From the human T2T-CHM13v2.0 reference genome, Homo sapiens, in NCBI RefSeq assembly GCF_009914755.1, contig NC_060934.1: a stretch of DNA of 64,000 nucleotides; one strand, written 5' to 3'. The notes beneath the pieces are model-generated. The model was not told where the DNA came from. It was given only the letters and a program-made list of their open reading frames with translations, and searched no databases. A program made the translations under genes and the position numbers. Numbering within the stretch: the first letter of the stretch is position 1; each line of letters opens with the position of its first letter. Of the stretch, positions 1 to 14,200 are shown piece by piece.

Positions 1-1007
1 AACTTTTATTTTGAAAAACCTCATTGGAACTATTAAAGTATTTGTTATTACATATAAAGCACTTATAGCAATGCCTGGCATATGAGTACCATGTAAGTGA
101 GGATCTGATTATCATGTGGGTCCTGGGACTTCTGAGTATAGACTTTCACTTTTTTCTTTCCTTCATTCCAGTTCAGTAGTTGCTAGAATGTAGTGTACAG
201 TAAGAGTTACTGTATCTGGTTGTATTCAGTAATTTTCAAGGGCGATTCTGGTATACATGTGTGTATTCATTTTGTGTTGGCGCTATAATATTTACAATTT
301 TAGTGACACAATTGATGATGCTTCACTATAGAAGTCTGAATACAGTTCCAGGTGCATAGTAGGATATTGAATAGATTGGATTTAAGCAGTTAAATCATTC
401 CTCCTGTTATATGCTAAAGTTGATTTTTCACTCTTCCAAAATGAGTTAATTTTTCTGTGATCTTCTCCTTTTGTTTTCCTGTATTCTTCATATTTATTTT
501 GCCTGTGAACATTAGTTTACTATTTTGTTAAGTGGAGATAATGATGCTTGTTTTTCAGAATTTGTTTGAGAATTGTAATTAATATATGTTACTGGTAATT
601 TAAATAACAGTACCTGGCATATAGGAGGCACTCCATAATTGGTAGATCTTGCTGTCATTTCAGTATTTTAATTGACTGATTAACTTTGTGGTGTATATCA
701 TTTAGTGTGTCACAGACTTTATTCCAAACAATTATTTGAACATCTGCTTTTGCCAGATATGGTTGCCAGATTTGTTTATGTGTTGGCAACTCTATTGGCA
801 AATAATGTAGAAGAGGTCGGTAATTTCATAGAGTTTATATTCTAGTCAGGAAAAATGTCTGACATGCTTCTTATTAATGTACTTAGATTAAGTGTTTGAA
901 TTTACTTTTCTTTAGATGTCTTTAGATTGTTTCACTATATCACTGACTAGGTTGCCATTGCTACTATTTTGTAGAAGATTAATCACTGTGCTTTTTTCGT
1001 CTGACAG

Positions 1008-1082
1008 CTCTTTTAAACATTTGATTGGAGGGCTGGATGATGTTTCTAATAAAGCATATGAAGATGCAGAAGCTAAAGCAAA
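1008..1082 (+). CDS. PRKG1: PRKG1 internal coding exon (75 nt, phase 2/2; probably exon 9): end of cyclic-nucleotide-binding domain B and start of switch helix
   Basis: Acceptor cttttttcgtctgacag|, donor |gtaagt. Translation (D)[24 protein letters not shown](K) matches the PKG I sequence that precedes YEAEAAFFANLKLSDF. Confidence 0.97.
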
Positions 1083-2337
1083 GTAAGTGACTTTTTTCCT
1101 TAATTTTGATTGAAAAATGATTTTGAATAGAAATAAGATCAAATATTTTGTTGGACTTGACACATCCCAACACTCTGACAGGAAACAACTAATTAGTTGA
1201 GAGACAAAGAAGCAAACTCTTCAAGATAATTATTACACGGTATGCTTACCTAGGAGTATGTCTCTCTTCAAACACAAAACTTCAATTTTGTGATGAAGAT
1301 AATCTCAGCAAGAAAAAATGCTTATTTTAAAATCTAATATAAACAATTAAATGTAAACCTGTTGTTTGTCCTCCAGAAAATACTTTCTGAACAAATGGTG
1401 GTTGTGTTCCATAGTTGCTTGTGGAATTGTATCAAAAATAATAAGGCTAGAAATATTTCCCTGTGCTAATACATCATTACATTGAACTTTGATGTTACTA
1501 ATATGAGAATGATATGAGATGGTAAATATCCCATTAAGTATGATGTTGCATAAAAATACAATTCCGTCTACAAGAATAATTTGATTAAAACAATGTTTTT
1601 TGACAAAGATTTAAAGTAAGTTGATATTAGCTTTTTCTGCAAAATTATTATTTTTAAAATACCAGTAATCTATATAATCCTCCCCTCTTTCCCCTAATGT
1701 AATTAGTATTTAATAGCATATAGCATACCTAAAGGATTAAATTGACAACAGTTAGCATTAAACAGATAGTTCAGGGCCAGAATTTGATCTGTTGATTTTG
1801 TAGTAACCTAAAAATCAAAAGAAGTAAAATAATGTATTTTGCTTTGAGAATCCATGAAGATTAAAAATTTGTCCTAGAACTAAAATATTAAGAATTATAT
1901 TCTATGTTAACCCAATAAAATTATGTTATTTTCAAAGCTATATGAAAATATTCACAATTTCTCCTCTGTATCCTCTGTATAACCCTGAGGTCAAATGCCT
2001 GCAATGCCTCTGCTAAGGTTTGCTTAGGAAGTTACACAGGCCAGTTGTAACACCAGGCTCCATGCAGTCACTGAGACTGCTTATGTTCTGGATAATTAGT
2101 ATTAATTGTTCTGGTTTATTTCAACAGGCTAAAATGTACATTGATATTCAGTTTAGACTTCAGTTTCTAGTATTAATAATAATCCCACCGAGGTGGGAAA
2201 GGGGGTCATTTAAGGTACCTTATCAGTTTTTAAAGTTGTACAATGGCCTTTCTTATGGTTGGGTTCTATTCCTATAGGAATTTTTTTGGTATGTGACAAA
2301 ATTCATTCTTTTATAATTTATGTCAGCTTATCTTTTC

Positions 2338-2367
2338 GTGTGTTTGTGTGTGTGTGTGTGTGTGTGT
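2338..2367 (+). repeat. (TG)n microsatellite
   Basis: gtgtgttt followed by (TG)11 at 2345-2366. Confidence 0.95.
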
Positions 2368-3200
2368 ATTCAGTTAAGGGTCTCATTGGTCATTATATAT
2401 ATACATCTTATATATAATTTACATATAGTATATATGTAATTTTATATGTATTACAATTTATATAATTATAATCATATTATACAATATTAAATATACATGT
2501 ATATGCATATACATATATAAAAGATATAGAACAACTGATGGTAATCTTAAAAATTCACATACAATCCAGTTAAGCAACTATTAATTAATAGAAAAATTCA
2601 AGAGTTTTGTAGACTAATGTATTTTTGCTGCTTCCCTATTAAACTTTGAAAGTTTAATCTCATTTTTCCTATTAAACTTTAGAAGGATTTTCTAATGAAT
2701 GTTTTTGTAGAACTCCTATTTATTCCACTTAAAGTTGAGGCCGCTATCATGCTTCAAATTGATCAGTGACAGGGAAGTGACTGAGTTAGTCATAGGTTTC
2801 TCAGTGTCCCATGGACTTTATAAAGATAACTGTGTGTACATCTCCTAAATTCTGGCCATTCATGGATTCACTTGCACATACTTCAATTAAAAGTAGTAAG
2901 TAAGAAAAACTGAAACAATGAAATTCAGATATTCAGACAATTAGAGGTAGATATGGCAACAATTCTTAACTTTGGAAGAAAATTAGTCAATATGAAAAAC
3001 ATGAACCTGAATGAAGGCCAGAAGTCTTGGGTTCTGCTCCTGGCTCTGTCATTACCAGACAAGTGATTTTGGTCATGAATATTAATGCCTAACTCTCAAT
3101 CTCAGTTTTCACATTTTTAAAATGGCATTTTTGAGATTTAATTGATGGCAGTGTGTAAAAATACTTTGTAAATTATAAAGGTTATAAAAATATGTCACTA

Positions 3201-3483
3201 GGCTCGTGCCTGTAATCCCAGCACTTTGGGAGGTCAAGGGGGGAAGATCACCTGAGGTCAGGAGTTTGAGACCAGCCTGGCCAACATGGTGAAACCCTGT
3301 TGCTACTAAAAATACAAAAATTAGCCAGGCGTGGTGGTGGGCACCTGTAATCCCAGCTACTCAGGAGCCTGAGGCAGGAGAATCACTTGAACCTGGGAGG
3401 TGGAGGTTGCCGTGAGCCAAGACCGCGCCATTACCCTCCAGCCTGGGCGACCAGAGCAAAACTCTGTCTCAAAAATAAGTAAG

Positions 3484-3512
<29 letters not shown>
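3201..3512 (+). mobile_element. AluS (Sq/Sx-like), missing about 13 nt at the 5' end, (TAAA)n tail
   Basis: Alu dimer; degenerate TSD aaaatatgtcactag / aaagtatatcactag. Confidence 0.93.
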
Positions 3513-3514
<2 letters not shown>

Positions 3515-3869
3515 AGTATATCACTAGAAATAACTAGAAATATACCTTAGTGCATTTGACATATAATTGAATTTACAGATTCCATGTCTATTATGTTGAT
3601 CAATTTTACTTGGACAAGAAGTCTCTAATCTTATGTAAGCAACATACTTTTACTTGAGAAGACTATTATGAAATTAAACCTTGCCTAGAAAACATTCATA
3701 AAAATATTTTTAATAAAACAGTAACATTTGATTAAAAGAGAATTCAATTCTAATTAAAGAAGAAAGAAAGGCAATGAAATGACTACTTACATCAAAGTAG
3801 TTTCAAATATTGCTATTTGAAACCATTGATTTGATAGATTATAATATAGCCATTATGTTTACACTTTTT

Positions 3870-4075
3870 CCCCCAGTTTTACTGAGGTGTAACTGAGAAA
3901 TAAGAATTGTATACAGTTAAAGTGTATATGACATGATGATTTGATACATAGGAATACATTGTGAAATGATTATCACAATCAAACTAACACATCTACCACC
4001 TCACATAGTTACTTTTGGGTGTGTGTGGTAAGAACAGTTAATATCTACTGTCTTAGCAAATTTCAACTGTACAGT
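3870..4075 (-). mobile_element. Old L1M 3' end fragment
   Basis: tttactgaggtgtaactg...catgatgatttgatac...acctcacatagttac resembles an L1MA/MB 3' UTR. Confidence 0.7.
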
Positions 4076-5477
4076 TTTGTTTGAATTTTCTGCTCAATTC
4101 ACACTAAACCCAAATGAATGTATAGTCCATGTTTTTTAATATTCATTATTATTTAGAAAATGGTAATTGCTTGATGAAAAAGTCTAAAACCTTTGATCCA
4201 AATTCTAGTGAGGCTGATAATATGACCTTTATTCCTAAAACCAGCCAAATAAGTAAATAAGCAAATAAATAAATAAATACTGGAGGAGTTATCGTTGTGT
4301 CTTATACACTGTTAGCATTTTATAGTCTTCTAATAAATAATTAATATCGGAAGTTTTCTGAAGTGTAAGGTATCTCTTAATTAGGTGTCCTGTCATTCAA
4401 AGAAGGCAAACTGTGAATTATTCCCTAGAGAAAGCTTTCTAGTTGAACTATCAAGTTTAAAACTCTATTTGAATTAGCATTGTTGTTTCTCCGTATTGAA
4501 TTTCTTCCCCTTAACTACTTTATACTTTCATTTTGTATTTAAGGAATTTATAAGGGTTGCCAATGCTGCAGGGGCTAGGAACCAGCTCTAATTTGTTTAA
4601 AATCTGGGATATTTCTGTTAATGCCTCTAAATTTTTATAAGGATCACATTATCTTGACCATTTAGAAAGACAATGTTAATTTGGCTCCACTTTGTAAGCT
4701 TTATTTGTTCAGGGTCTTCTTGATGTTTTGCAAAACCTACGGAAGATAAGATTAATATTTCTTAAAGCTCGACTAAAATGATTATGTTAGTTATCCATGG
4801 GAAATGGATGTTTGTTATCCATAGTCTCATTGACTATGCCTATTTGGGTAAGAAGCGAAAAAAAGTAGGACTGACTGTAAAGATTGATTAAGTTGAGGCA
4901 TTTAAAACTTAAATGGTAGTATAATCAAGCTCAATCGCAGAAAGATTTCACAAAATGTACAGACCATCCCAGTAAAACCATACCAGGCATTCAGCTCAGG
5001 TAGATAGTCTAGGAAGATTGGCTTGAGAGAAATGTTCCAGTAGAAGTGGTTCTCAAAACTCCTCTACTGCAGGATAGGTGCCCTCAGTCTGTCTCATGAG
5101 ATATATTTTCTACAAAGATAATTGTTCTTGGCAGAAATTTTGCCTATATGGCATGCTTAAGCTTCTCTTGATTGTTGCTAATTATCCACTGAGGGCTTCT
5201 CTTTTTAAAATAGGAAATTATAATCACAAAGACATTAGAAGAGGCAACATCAGATCAAAGCTAAGGTTCACTGAATTTTATTTGGAGAAGAAGGTAGCAG
5301 GTGTGGTGAGAGGTACATATTTTCTATTGATAATATGTATTCATTCATTTAATAAACATTTAGAAATTTACTTATGGTGAGTCAGGCATTGTGCTTTATA
5401 ACGTGCACACCAAATAGAAAACACCATTTCCAATACCAAGGATCATCTTACAGTTCAGTAGGGAAGCTGGTATGTAA

Positions 5478-5791
<314 letters not shown>

Positions 5792-5913
5792 TAAAAAAAT
5801 TAAATACTTTGTTAAATATTTCTGACATGTGTATAGCTTGTATCTTTGATGTCTTAATTGCTGAATACTCAGCAGTTACAGGCAAAACAGCTATTTCTTC
5901 AAATAAAAAAGCC

Positions 5914-5946
<33 letters not shown>

Positions 5947-5989
5947 GTATATATATATATGTATATATATATATCTGTATATGTGTATG

Positions 5990-6030
<41 letters not shown>
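5914..6030. repeat. Compound (TA)n/(CA)n microsatellite
   Basis: Direct reading. Confidence 0.95.
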
Positions 6031-6031
<1 letters not shown>

Positions 6032-6160
6032 AGCCAAGATAGAGAAAGAAAATGAAAACAATCTAAACCAAACACAACTGCTATTACCTATCTTGGTGTT
6101 TTACAGTTGTACTTATAGTGCATTTTCAATTTTATATCTTGCTTTATTCCATTTAACATC

Positions 6161-6558
6161 TGTGTTAGTCTGTTTTGCATTGCTGTAAAGTAATACCTGA
6201 GGCTCAGTCATTTATGAAGAGGTTTATTTGGCATGGTTCTACAGGCTGTACAGGAAGCATAGTTCTGGCATCTGTTCTTGGCGAGGCCACTGGAAGCTTC
6301 CAGTCATGGCAGAATGCAACAGGGCATATCACATGAAGAGAAAGGGATCAAGGGAGATGCCAGGCTTTCTTAAACCACCAGCTCTCACTCTGTGAACTAA
6401 GAGAAGGAGAACTCACTTATTATCATGGGGATAGCACCAAGCCATTCAAAAGAGATCCACCCCTATAACCCAAACACCTCCCATCAGGCCCAACCTCCAG
6501 CACTATGGATTACATTTTAACATGAGATTTAGACAGGACAAATATTCAAACCATATCA
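6161..6558 (-). mobile_element. MST (MaLR) solo LTR
   Basis: tgtgttagtctgttttgcattgct...caaaccatatca; TG/CA ends; 5-bp TSD acatc/gcatc. Confidence 0.9.
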
Positions 6559-7164
6559 GCATCTTCATATTATAAACATTTATAATACTATTATATACTC
6601 TTCATGAAAATCATTTTAATAGTAGCTGACAACCCAATGAATAGAAACTTAGACTTCTAGACTGATTTGAGTTGTAGCCTTGTTGATTCAATGTATTTTG
6701 CTTTTAAAGGTGAGATCTCAATTACCTTTTAAGGAAAAAAAAAAAAGCACCAAACAACAAAAACACCTTTGAATACATTCCATCTAGCGATGCTCTTCAA
6801 ACTACTTTGTGTCGTGACATTCATAGAAAATGAGTACAGTGTTTTGCACCAATTAGTTCAGCTGCCCTAGGCTCCATCCTTCAGTATTGAAGGCTAAAGG
6901 GATTCATACCTAAGCCCTTCAATGGGAAGTTCTGACAACTATATGACTATAGATATGTAAATGCACTTAGTTTTTATCTAGATTGATAATAACCAATATT
7001 GCTCTTTATTAACTTCTTCTCTTGTCAAAATCTATGTGAAGCCTCCAAATGAGCATGGACAGATAGATTTTCATCTGTAATATCCCTTGGTATACATAAA
7101 GATTTAAAGACTCCTTGCAATGGCTCTGTAGTCCCTCATGCACCAGCATCACCCATATTCATTC

Positions 7165-8990
7165 ACCTCTTCATATGCTTTCATCTATTCAACAGTTATT
7201 TTCTATGTGCCTACAAAATGCTGCATATAAAACAATGAATAAAATAGATAAGTTTCTTGCCTTAATGGAGCTTATGGTCCAGTGGGGGACTGAGGCATAT
7301 GTTAATCTTTCTGGGAAGTCTTCTTAGGGGAAGTGACATTTTAACTAGATGTGGCCTGAATTCTGAAGAATTAGCTGGTGCTGGCTAGGCAAGAATTAGT
7401 TGGTATTAGTTAAGCAAGGAGGTATGGAGAGCATTCTAGCTGGCGGAACAAATGGAAAGCATTCTACATAGAGGAACAGCATGGAAAAAGCCCTCAAAGT
7501 GGGAAGCAACATTATATAGTCAAGGAATTAAAGTAGCAATATGCCTGAGACCTAGAACAAAAGAGAGAAGGAGATCAGAAAGGAGAGAATGACAGATACC
7601 AAATCTCACAAGACTTTGTAAGCCACATTAAGAAATCAGGAAATCACATCAGACTTCCAAGCTGGCAAATGAGACGAGTTGGTTTATATTAAAACTGGGC
7701 ACTCTTGTCTCTGTGATTGAAGGGGTGTACATTGAAAGCAGGGAGAATAATCAAAATATTTTTCATGTTAAAGCTGATAGTAGACAGGAATAGAGTGAGG
7801 ACAATGTGATTTAAAAAAAAAAAAAGCATTTGAGAGATATTTAGGTGGCAAAGCCAGCAGGTCTTCAGGAAATAGATATAGGTGGTGAAGGAGGAAAAGG
7901 TCAGGGAAAATGCAAAGAATTTTGATCTGAATATTGGAGAGAAGTGACAGAATTCACTAAGGTAGAGAAGCATTATATGGTTCCCAGGTTTGGAGAGTAG
8001 GGTGATCATGAACTGATTTTTTGACAGTTTAAATGAGGTACTTTTGAGATATGGTTAGGCAGGTCTGGTGCTCAGACAGAAGATTGTTATCAGTTTGAGA
8101 ATAACGAACATTTCGATGTTAGATAGTAATTGTAGCTGTGGATGAGATAGAAATTAGAGAGTGAGAGGAGCATGGCACTGAGGATTGATTCTTGATGAAT
8201 GTTAGCATTTAAAGGTTAGAGAAGAAAGAAGAATTTGGCAAAAATTAAAGAAAAGAAAGACTGAGAAGGAGAGATGAAAGGTAGAAGGAACACCACATGC
8301 ACAGAAACCAAGAATAGACTATGTGTTTTAGTTTGTTCAGGCTGCTATAACAAAATACTGTAAACTTAGTGGCTTATAAACAGTAGAAATTTATTTCTGA
8401 GTTCTGGAGGCTGTGAAGTCCAAGATCAAGGCATCAGCAGATTAAATGTCTGCCCATTTCCTGGCATATAGACAGCTGCCTTTTCACTGTAACCTCACAT
8501 GGCAGAAGGAACAAGAGCTCTCTGGGGTCTCTTTTATAAGGGCACTAAGTCCCATTCCTGAGAACTTGCCCTCATGACCCAATAACCTCCCAAAGGCTCT
8601 TCCTCCTGGCACCATCACGATGGGGATTAGGTTTCCACACATGAATTTAGGTAGGAGGCAGTGCACAGTCTACAGCAGTGTGCTTCAAGAATGGGGGAAG
8701 AAACAATGATATTACATGTTGCTAAGAATTCTAGTATGTTACTTAACAAATTGGATTTAGCAAACCAGTGGGTTCAGTTTCATTTCACAATGGAGTGGTG
8801 GGGATGGAGCCCGCCTTGCAAAGGCTACAAATGAATCTAATTTTCAGAAACAGGATTCAATGAGCTTACACCAAATAATAAGACATTTAAGTAAAATTGC
8901 CAGAAATGTGTAAATGGAAGATTATGGATCTTCAGTACTGATAGAGATGTAAGCATGTTAAATCTAGTAGAGAAGAGAGTTTAAGACTGA
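7165..8990 (-). mobile_element. Degenerate L2 LINE, interrupted by MLT1
   Basis: L2 3'-end signature (tcatctattcaacagttatt...tgtgcc) followed by purine-rich L2 body; boundaries approximate. Confidence 0.65.
8322..8677 (-). mobile_element. MLT1A-like MaLR LTR
   Basis: ttagtttgttcaggctgctataacaaaatac...ggaggctgtgaagtccaagatcaagg...cagtctacagca. Confidence 0.85.
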
Positions 8991-10882
8991 GCAAGTGGGT
9001 CTCAGGTCCTTTTAACTTCATGACAAAGGCAGACCTCTTCAAAGGTTAAGAGTGAGACCATCTCCACGGATAAGGTTTATACCACTTTGTGATGTTATTT
9101 CTTGGTTAAGAAGGTCATTACTCTTCAGTCTTATACTGAGTAGCATTCCCTTAGTTTAAAGCATTACCCTCTCTCTAAAGAACCTATAAAAATAATAAAT
9201 TATCCTAAGAGGAATAAAAAGGTTTTCTTAATATTGTAGTATAAATTTGTCCATAAACTATTTTTCCTGCAAGGATCGCTTAAGCCTTCCTCTGAGGACA
9301 AAGAAGAAAGAAGGACACTAAGAAAGAAGGCCCAAATTTGCCAAAAACTTAATAAAAACCCACCTTGTAATGACCATCTTGTTCTGTTCTGCTCTCCTCA
9401 TCATGCACCTAAATTGTTCACATATTCTCTTCCTTGTCCCCAAAAAGGACATTCATAATAGATTCACATAATATAGGAAGAAAATATTAGAAGTAAACAA
9501 GAAAGATGTATCTATGGTAGTGAACCAGAGATAAGGCTAGTATGCAAAACAGGACCCTTATCAGTGCACTGACAAGAGAGAGATGCACAAAAACATTAGT
9601 GGCTGCAGGGCTGGCTCTCGCTTATTGCCACTAAAAAAAGAAGTACCACAATCACCCCCCTCTCCACTCCATCGACACTCTGCAAGAGCTGTAGGGAGTA
9701 TTGCCTACCTGTGTACCACCCTTTTGGCTCTTTGATGGAATAGTCCTTAAATATTTTACTTCTATTTCCGTAATTAGTCCTCATTGATTTTCAAGCCCTC
9801 CTGTTTACAAATTTATTTGCAAAGAAACATTTAAGACTGTCTGATATTTTCAGGATTACTTTTGGTGATGAGCCTTCTTGTTTGACACAATGTGACAGCA
9901 ATAAAAGATGTTCTCTCATTACATTTCATTAGCAGAGACAACCCTTTAGTAACTGATTCTGCCTGTCACAGAGAGGTTGCTCTTCGGCTTTCAGACAGAA
10001 CGGCTGCTGTTGTTCAGGCCTTTGAAAATGCGCTCATCAAATGCCTCTCAAAGCACCTGAGGCTATGTAAATCAGGACCTAGGTCTGCATTGTTTAGTAA
10101 CATCTTCTGAAATGCCTCAGGGTCAGCTGGCTTCTAGCAAACAGGAAGTTTCTAAATGCACACTTGAGTACACAGGGGTTGCTGTTTTGAACATGCTGAC
10201 TGAAATTTGGGGCTATCTTATTGGTGTGTTTTTTTTTTTTGGTTTTGTTTTTTTTTTTGCCTGACATTTTCAAGTGAAGATTCTAGTATTCCCATAATCT
10301 TATCAACAATTTACTTAAGACAACTTGGTCTTGATCTAAGCAATTCTCAGGGAAATGATCCTGGAAAATTGTTTTCCCCTATGGAACGAATTCAAGTGAG
10401 CAATATCCTCTTCCAAAATGGGAACGATATGTCAATTAAATAGACAAAACACTGAGAATGGCATTGTGAAATAGCCCTCAAACCAGAATTAGAACTTGCT
10501 GACTATCTGCAGGGTGAGTGGTCAGAAGGCAGCCCCATTTTCTCAGCAATAAAAAATATTTTCTATTTTATTGCAGGGCAAAATATAGGGGACGAAAATA
10601 TTTCTGCAGTTGGCCCTGAACTAATATGCTGGCTTTCAGTCTTTCAAGAGCTGTTTTTGTTTTAAATTCTAGTACATGTAATCAGACTAGGCAGAAGTAT
10701 ACAATGGTTTCTAAGGCCACCAATGCTGATAGATTAATACTTCAGCAGGATTTGTGACTGCAGAGAATATCAAAATCCAATGCTCTTTCAAGTGCAGTGA
10801 GACTGATTCAGTTGCTTTTTTAAAAAAAATGATTTTCAGGACAAAACTACTCGGCCTTGAATAGAAGTATTTTTCTTTTATC

Positions 10883-11204
<322 letters not shown>

Positions 11205-14200
11205 TATCAAAAATTTTAAAACTCTCAAAGGCCATTTGCTAATTTTTGCTCTGCAGCGCTTATCTTTGAGACTCTCTAGGTAAGAAGACTTTATAAATGT
11301 GAATCCCAGTATGTGCTTGCTTGCAGCCTTTTCTAATCAACAGAGAAGAGGACTACAGATAATTGAAAATTCTAGTGCTGCTGACTTGCTTGGTGAAAAC
11401 AGACAAGCTACTTGATTGCTGAGTCTGTTTCCTTCTTCCAAGAAATAAAGATGCTTCCTTTCCACCATTGCTGTATTAAGTAATGACAATTGAAAATTAC
11501 TTTCAAAACGTCAGGAGCTCTTTAAATTCTGTGGATACTTTGGTCCTGTATGGCAATTACCTTAGCCTCTCCAGAGCCCCCAGAGAACAGCCCGATACAT
11601 GTTTCTTTTCAATAGCTTGATATATAAAGCCTATTTACAGTACAGTACTTTTTAAAAGCAGAAAAGAATAATACCTTTTATATCCCTTTGTGTTCTCAGT
11701 AGTTTCATTTGAAAAAATAATTATCTCTATCTACAATTCCTTTTCTTCTTAAGTGAAGGCAGTCTCTATTATTGGAGTGAATATAGCATGCAGCATAATT
11801 CTAAAACTGCTTTGCAAGTAAGGTTGAGCAACTCTAGAGATAAAATGTTTGAACCTAGTGAGTGAGAGCAAGGCTAGAAGTGCTGAAGGGCTCCCCCTGA
11901 GGAGGCCATATATATTTACATAGTGAGTAGTAGTAGTAACTGGGAGTTTGGAGAGCGAGCCTTAGTTACTGCACAGCCACTAACTTCATGTGAACTTGAA
12001 CAAGCACCCTGGCTCCTTGGACCCTGTTTCCCAAACTGTAAAAATAGCAATCTTGAAATCCTTTCTAATTTTTGGCTTTAGGCTTCTAAGATGCTTAGAA
12101 TGTGCACATTAACAAGGCATTCTTTTGGAATCGTAACTCCCTTTTATAGAAACAATATTTTTGTCTTTGCTGATTTTCTAAATTTATAATGAGGATATCT
12201 CTCACTGTCAACAGAAAATAGGCTCTTAAGGATCATGAAATAATTTATAAGTCTATGTTGTAACAAAGGTTACTTAAGTTATATGTCCTCATAAAATATT
12301 GCTGTTAAGGTGCTTGCTTTATTCAAAAATTTTTTATCAAATTGTGTAGTATTGCTTGAAGCTCATTTTGATAATTCATAGTAATTAAGTAAGCCTTTAG
12401 AAAAAGCATTTTCATTTTTATCATTATACAATTTTCTTTCGAATATGGCATTTAGATATGATAATAAGCCCTGCTATCTTTCAATAAAATGCCATTAGAA
12501 AATTATAGACTACCTTCGAAACTAGAAAATGTTATACTAATATTTCCCCCATGAATCCTTTTAGAAAGAAGTGATTTGTAAATAATGGATTTAAATGGTA
12601 GCATAAATTGTTTTGATACAATGAACATAATATACTATATGAATTTAGATCTTTAACTTGCTATTTGAGGAAGATGAGATGTAGAAGTGAAGCATGACTG
12701 GTGCTCAGAGACATTTACATGTATCACACCATTTTCCTCTAATGCATAAATTGCAAGCATTAGTCAACTTTATAAACTCTATTAATTACTTCAGGCAGCC
12801 AGCCTATTCCCTAGTATATCAGACATGTAGAGATAAAAGACAAAAGCTACTGCTCTAATATTCAAAAACTGTACAAACATTTTAGAAAACCTAGATACAT
12901 TACTAATTGAGCATACTGAAGAATAACAATCCTCAAGTCCTTGAAAAGAGGATAAGGCAGCTTCTTAAAATGATGAATTTAAGACCGCTTTCAATTTAAG
13001 GACCTGGAAAAGTATGAGTCATTGGGTCTTTAACTAATTACTTATCAGTTTTACTAAGTTTTTTGTTGAAATGACCCTGAAAATTTGGTTCAGCCCAGTA
13101 TGCCTGTGATGCTAGTAAAATTGGCTTCTCAAAATGTCACAATATCTTTCAGGAAGTTGTTTTCCCAAATCTAGTTCTCTTGCTCACTATGCTAGTAATC
13201 AGGTTTTTTTAAATTTATTTTTTATTTTTTGGTAAACTCCTTGTAATAGGACTCATGGTTTTTCCTCTCAAGCCCCTTAACTTTATGATATTACTTAAAC
13301 AATTAAATTAATGATGAAGAACATGCTTTAGTCTTTATAAGAATTCTGCATTTCACATGAGCTCCAAAAAGTTCCCTTAAGTTTAAAGAAAAAAAAAAGG
13401 CCATTGAAGAAGTAACAACTTTATAGCAGATGATGCTTTTTTGAGTGACAGCAACAGCTAGGAGAGTATATCAGCTTCTTTCTTCAGGAAGTTGTTGACA
13501 TACACATTGATTAATATTAATATTCTCTTCTGCACTGACATGAGTGATCAGAGCAATAACTTTATATGCCAATGAATAGAGGGGAGCAGGGAGAGAATTT
13601 AAGAAAAAAGGACTATAAAGAAGCATTTAATTACTTATCAAGATGTGATTACCGTACTTCAAATTTTAAAAAACCAAAGAGATAGTATAAAACTATAGCA
13701 TTAAAAATAATTGCATTATATGGGTTGTGTCTCTATTGCTCATGTTTTTGGCTATTTATTTCATTCATAAGCCACACTAGGAAATCATAAAAATTAAGTA
13801 AAAATGCTTCCTCCTCCAAGAAGCACACATATTCCCAGCGACATGTATTTCCAAATAATGAAGCACATATATTCCTAGATAATGTTCAAAAATAGTATGA
13901 CCAAAGGCAAGACATATCTGCTTTATATGATTTTATTTTTATCTACATTGTTATATCAATGCATCTTTATTTTTAATTGATATATATAACTGTTCATATG
14001 TACGGGGTATATAATGATGTTCCAATACATATAATGTATAGTGATCTGATCAGGGCGATTAGCATATTCATCATCTCAAACATTTATGATTTCTCTGTGT
14101 TGGGAACATTCAATATCACCCTTTAGCTATTTGAAACTATCATTAACTGTGTCATCCTACAATGATATAGAACATTAGAATATATTCCTCCTATCTAGCT

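Noticed and set aside
912-1188. Minus-strand ORFs over the PRKG1 exon
   Set aside because: Antisense shadows of the real exon and its flanks; no independent support.
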